This document shows, piece by piece, positions 61,272 to 64,000 of a stretch of DNA of 64,000 nt. Source of the DNA: Alphaproteobacteria bacterium (GTDB lineage Bacteria; Pseudomonadota; Alphaproteobacteria; Rs-D84); the NCBI GenBank assembly GCA_009784275.1, contig WRCA01000001.1, positions 62,404 to 126,403 on the forward strand, written 5' to 3'. Positions within the stretch are counted from its first letter, which is position 1; each line of letters begins with the position of its first letter. A program made the translations under genes and the position numbers. Below the pieces are notes generated by a model. The model ran no database searches. It was not told the DNA's origin and saw nothing but the letters and a program-made list of their open reading frames with translations.

Positions 61272-61292
61272 TCATCAAAACCAAAAGGAGTA

Positions 61293-62408
61293 ATGATGAG
61301 AAAAACACTTAAACTGGCCGCCGCTGCTGCTGTATTTGCAACACCTGCGATGGCTGTTAATATGGAAAATCCGCTTTATCTGCCGGGCGCAGGCGAAGTG
61401 TATACAAAACTGGGCGCTGGCATAATGTATAAGAAAGCCAACGACAATCTGGCCATGCAGGCCAAAGACCATGTCGGTGCAGTCGAATTTCCAATCTGGC
61501 GCGGCAATTTGGATATTGGCGTCGGTATAACCGACTGGCTGACAGTGCGTGGACAATTCGGATATACCTATGACGGTGATATTGACCGCAAGGGTATGCA
61601 TAATGGACGACTGGGCCTGAACGCGCGCGCGTTTGACGGCAGCTTTACCGATGGCTGGGTCTGGGATATCTATGCAGACGCGCAACTGGGCGGCATATCG
61701 AAGATGAGCGCCGAACTGGTGATGTCGCCGAACACTTTGGGTGGGACATATCCTTTGTCGTTCAACTATGACAATTATTCCAACGGGCGCTGGGGCGCAT
61801 ACTTGGGAACTCAGGTTGGTAAAACTTGGGATAATTTCACAGCTGCCGCATTCGCAGAAGTTTTGCGCACAATTGGAAATAACAATAATGAAATTGGAAT
61901 TTCCTCCAGCGCAAAAGGCGTGGTTAACGCGATGCTTGCCGGCAGCCTTCCTGGACCATTGGTGCCTTTGATCCCAACTTATATGAGCGGTTTGCCGGAT
62001 TCGTTCAGCGTTTACACTAAATCGACTTGGGAATACTCGGCCGGATTGAAAGCGTTTTACGAGTTTAATAGCGATTGGTCATTAGGGGGCGGTTTCACAT
62101 ACAAGCATCGTGCAGAAAATGTGATTACCAGCGTGGATTTAACCAATTCTAACGCGGCGACTATCGACGGTTTGACGGCGCCGGGCACGACTGCTGCTAT
62201 AACCGCAGGCATTGCTGATAACTTTATCGGCGGGCTGCAGGATGCTATCGACGAATATATCTTGACCGTGGCGGTTGCTCGCATGGTTACGGAAAGTGTA
62301 CAAGTCGCTGTTTACGGCGAATATACGTTTGACGATGCCCAGCCGAAATCCCAGAATGGTACGGATATAAAGGCTGAAGTCGGCGTTCGCGTCAACGTAG
62401 CGTTCTAA
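61293..62408 (+). CDS. outer-membrane beta-barrel (porin-like) protein
   Basis: The start is set at MMRKTLKLAAAAAVFATPAMA (signal peptide, SD aaaggag). The protein ends ...VGVRVNVAF. The ORF-track start is 61182. Confidence 0.7.
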   Translation: MMRKTLKLAAAAAVFATPAMAVNMENPLYLPGAGEVYTKLGAGIMYKKANDNLAMQAKDHVGAVEFPIWRGNLDIGVGITDWLTVRGQFGYTYDGDIDRKGMHNGRLGLNARAFDGSFTDGWVWDIYADAQLGGISKMSAELVMSPNTLGGTYPLSFNYDNYSNGRWGAYLGTQVGKTWDNFTAAAFAEVLRTIGNNNNEIGISSSAKGVVNAMLAGSLPGPLVPLIPTYMSGLPDSFSVYTKSTWEYSAGLKAFYEFNSDWSLGGGFTYKHRAENVITSVDLTNSNAATIDGLTAPGTTAAITAGIADNFIGGLQDAIDEYILTVAVARMVTESVQVAVYGEYTFDDAQPKSQNGTDIKAEVGVRVNVAF

Positions 62409-62441
62409 TCGAACAAAAAATCAACTTATATTGGACAGAAC

Positions 62442-62469
62442 AAATCCGCGCTTGCGCGGATTTGTTTTT
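62442..62469 (+). terminator. intrinsic terminator
   Basis: aaATCCGCGCttGCGCGGATttgttttt. Confidence 0.8.
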
Positions 62470-62498
62470 GTTGTATAATCCGCGGAAAGGCAAGACTT

Positions 62499-64000
62499 AT
62501 GACAGATAATAAAATTAAAATTCGTGAAGAAAAGTGGCAGAAAAAGTGGCGTGAAGCCCGCGCTTTTGTTCCGAAAAACGACGGCAGTAAGCCAAAGTAT
62601 TACACGCTTATTGAATTCCCATTTCCATCCGGCAACGGAATGCATGTGGGTCACACAATACCATTTGTCAGCATGGACATAATCGCGCGATTTATGCGTA
62701 TGCGCGGGTTTGATGTATTGTTGCCAATGGGGATTGATTCCATGGGTATATCAGCAGAGAATTATGCGAAAAAAATTGGAAAGACCCCGGCTGAATCCGT
62801 AAAAGAACTATTTAAAATTTTCGAACGGGATTCTGATTTAATCGGACTTTCGTATGACCCGGAATCATATCTGGCGTCTTCTGATATTGGGTATGTAAAG
62901 TGGACTCAGTGGTTGTTTTTGCAATTATATAATGCTGGTCTTTTGTATAAAGCCTTTTCTCCGATGAACTGGTGTCCAAGCTGTCTGACTACCTTTACCA
63001 ATGAAGAATTGGAAGACGACAAATGTCCGCGCTGTCATGGCGAAATCGAAAAGAAGATGAAAGAGCAATGGACATTCGCTATTACTAAATATGCTGACAG
63101 ATTAGTGGATGATTTGGCCTTGGTTGATTTCCCGGATAATGTGAAAGCGGTTATGGAAAATTGGGTTGGACGTTCTTATGGCGCAGAAGTGGACTTTGCC
63201 GTGGGCGCCGACACAATGACCGTTTACACTACGCGTGTGGATACCATATTTGGTGCTACATTCTGTGTGATTGCTCCGGAACACAAGCTGGTTGCGAAAT
63301 GGCTGGATGAAGGTAAAATTGAAAACGCCGATGAAGTGCGCGCTTATATCGCGACGGCAAAAGCCAAAGATGAATTTGAACGTACCAATGCTGGTCATGA
63401 AAAGACCGGTGTGCAATTGCGTGGATTAATGGCGCGAAATCCTTTTAACGGCAAAGAAATTCCAATTTTCGCGGCTGATTATGTTTTGGCTGACTATGGT
63501 CTTGGTGCAATCATGGCGGTGCCTGCGCATGACCAGCGTGATTATGACTTTGCGAAAAAATTCGGTTTGAAAATCATTCCAGTTTTGGATAATGGTGATA
63601 TTTCAGAGCATGCCCAGGATGGGGATGGCCCGCACATCAACAGCGAATTTCTGAATGGATTAAACAAGGAAGATGCGATTGCTGCGGCTTTGGCACATGG
63701 TGACAATTTTGCACGTGCTGCAAAACAATACAAAATGCACGACTGGTGCTTTTCGCGTCAGATGTACTGGGGCGAACCGATACCGTTGGTGCACTGCGAC
63801 AAATGCGGATGGGTGCCAATACCCGAAGATCAATTACCATTAGAATTGCCGTACCTTACCGATTATACGCCTACGGAAACGGGCGAAGGTCCATTAGCGC
63901 GCGCGACTGATTGGGTAAATACTACTTGTCCAAAATGCGGCGGCGCAGGCAAACGCGAAACAGATACTATGCCGCAATGGGCGGGTTCTTGTTGGTACTT
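62499..64000 (+). CDS. leuS: leucine-tRNA ligase, N-terminal ~500 codons (runs off the window end)
   Basis: The translation from the ATG at 62499 is MTDNKIKIREEKWQKKWREARAFVP...YYTLIEFPFPSGNGMHVGH...LLPMGIDSMGISAENYA (HIGH-type motif). The frame stays open to 64000. It is absent from the ORF track because no stop is reached. Confidence 0.9.
   Translation, partial: MTDNKIKIREEKWQKKWREARAFVPKNDGSKPKYYTLIEFPFPSGNGMHVGHTIPFVSMDIIARFMRMRGFDVLLPMGIDSMGISAENYAKKIGKTPAESVKELFKIFERDSDLIGLSYDPESYLASSDIGYVKWTQWLFLQLYNAGLLYKAFSPMNWCPSCLTTFTNEELEDDKCPRCHGEIEKKMKEQWTFAITKYADRLVDDLALVDFPDNVKAVMENWVGRSYGAEVDFAVGADTMTVYTTRVDTIFGATFCVIAPEHKLVAKWLDEGKIENADEVRAYIATAKAKDEFERTNAGHEKTGVQLRGLMARNPFNGKEIPIFAADYVLADYGLGAIMAVPAHDQRDYDFAKKFGLKIIPVLDNGDISEHAQDGDGPHINSEFLNGLNKEDAIAAALAHGDNFARAAKQYKMHDWCFSRQMYWGEPIPLVHCDKCGWVPIPEDQLPLELPYLTDYTPTETGEGPLARATDWVNTTCPKCGGAGKRETDTMPQWAGSCWY

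Noticed and set aside
61182-61292. N-terminal extension of the OMP ORF across the direct repeats
   Set aside because: The signal peptide and a strong SD occur at 61293. The extension is repeat-derived and has no export signal at its own N-terminus.

Overview
This 64-kb chromosomal window comes from a Gram-negative bacterium, judged by its Kdo transferase, LpxI, PagL-like genes and several beta-barrel OMP genes. LpxI, an RNase E with an acidic insertion in its S1 region, an NrtR-linked NAD salvage operon and a Pmp-type autotransporter suggest an alphaproteobacterial, possibly host-associated organism. That taxonomy is inference only, since I cannot run a search. I call about 58 protein genes and 5 tRNAs (Asn, Lys, Leu, Val, Ser). 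I found no rRNA, CRISPR array, transposase, integrase or reverse transcriptase. Housekeeping genes are fabI (partial), tdk, an acyl-CoA ligase, ackA, rph, rne, an M48 protease, clpB, rpmB, lpxI, mpg, waaA, ogt, lgt, glyQS and leuS (partial). The accessory content is the interesting part. (1) Three large paralogous secreted collagen-like (Gly-X-Y) proteins share an N-terminal module of about 105 aa, conserved GIGIPG register breaks, Cys knots and phage-tail-fibre-like inserts. (2) One of them heads a very tight co-directional cluster with a Cys-rich/PKD-like/30-aa-repeat protein and an S8 subtilase. The subtilase appears to sit inside a split copy of that repeat protein, whose intact paralogue is at 859-2214. 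(3) An orphan tail-fibre N-domain protein and a 912-aa coiled-coil orphan are present. (4) A six-gene NAD salvage operon (nadM-Nudix, pncB, pncA, nadE, unknown, nrtR) lies next to a kinase-Nudix / mini-pyrophosphatase / methyltransferase cluster and a tRNA-Ser whose 5' half is duplicated upstream. (5) There are three tandem PagL-like paralogues. (6) A candidate sRNA carries CU-rich (anti-SD-like) loops, a GC-rich hairpin motif occurs three times, and direct repeats lie upstream of an OMP gene. (7) Two coding ORFs fall below the ORF-track cutoff: a 2x[4Fe-4S] ferredoxin and a mini-lipoprotein. All domain calls rest on motifs read by eye in the translations. No database search was run.
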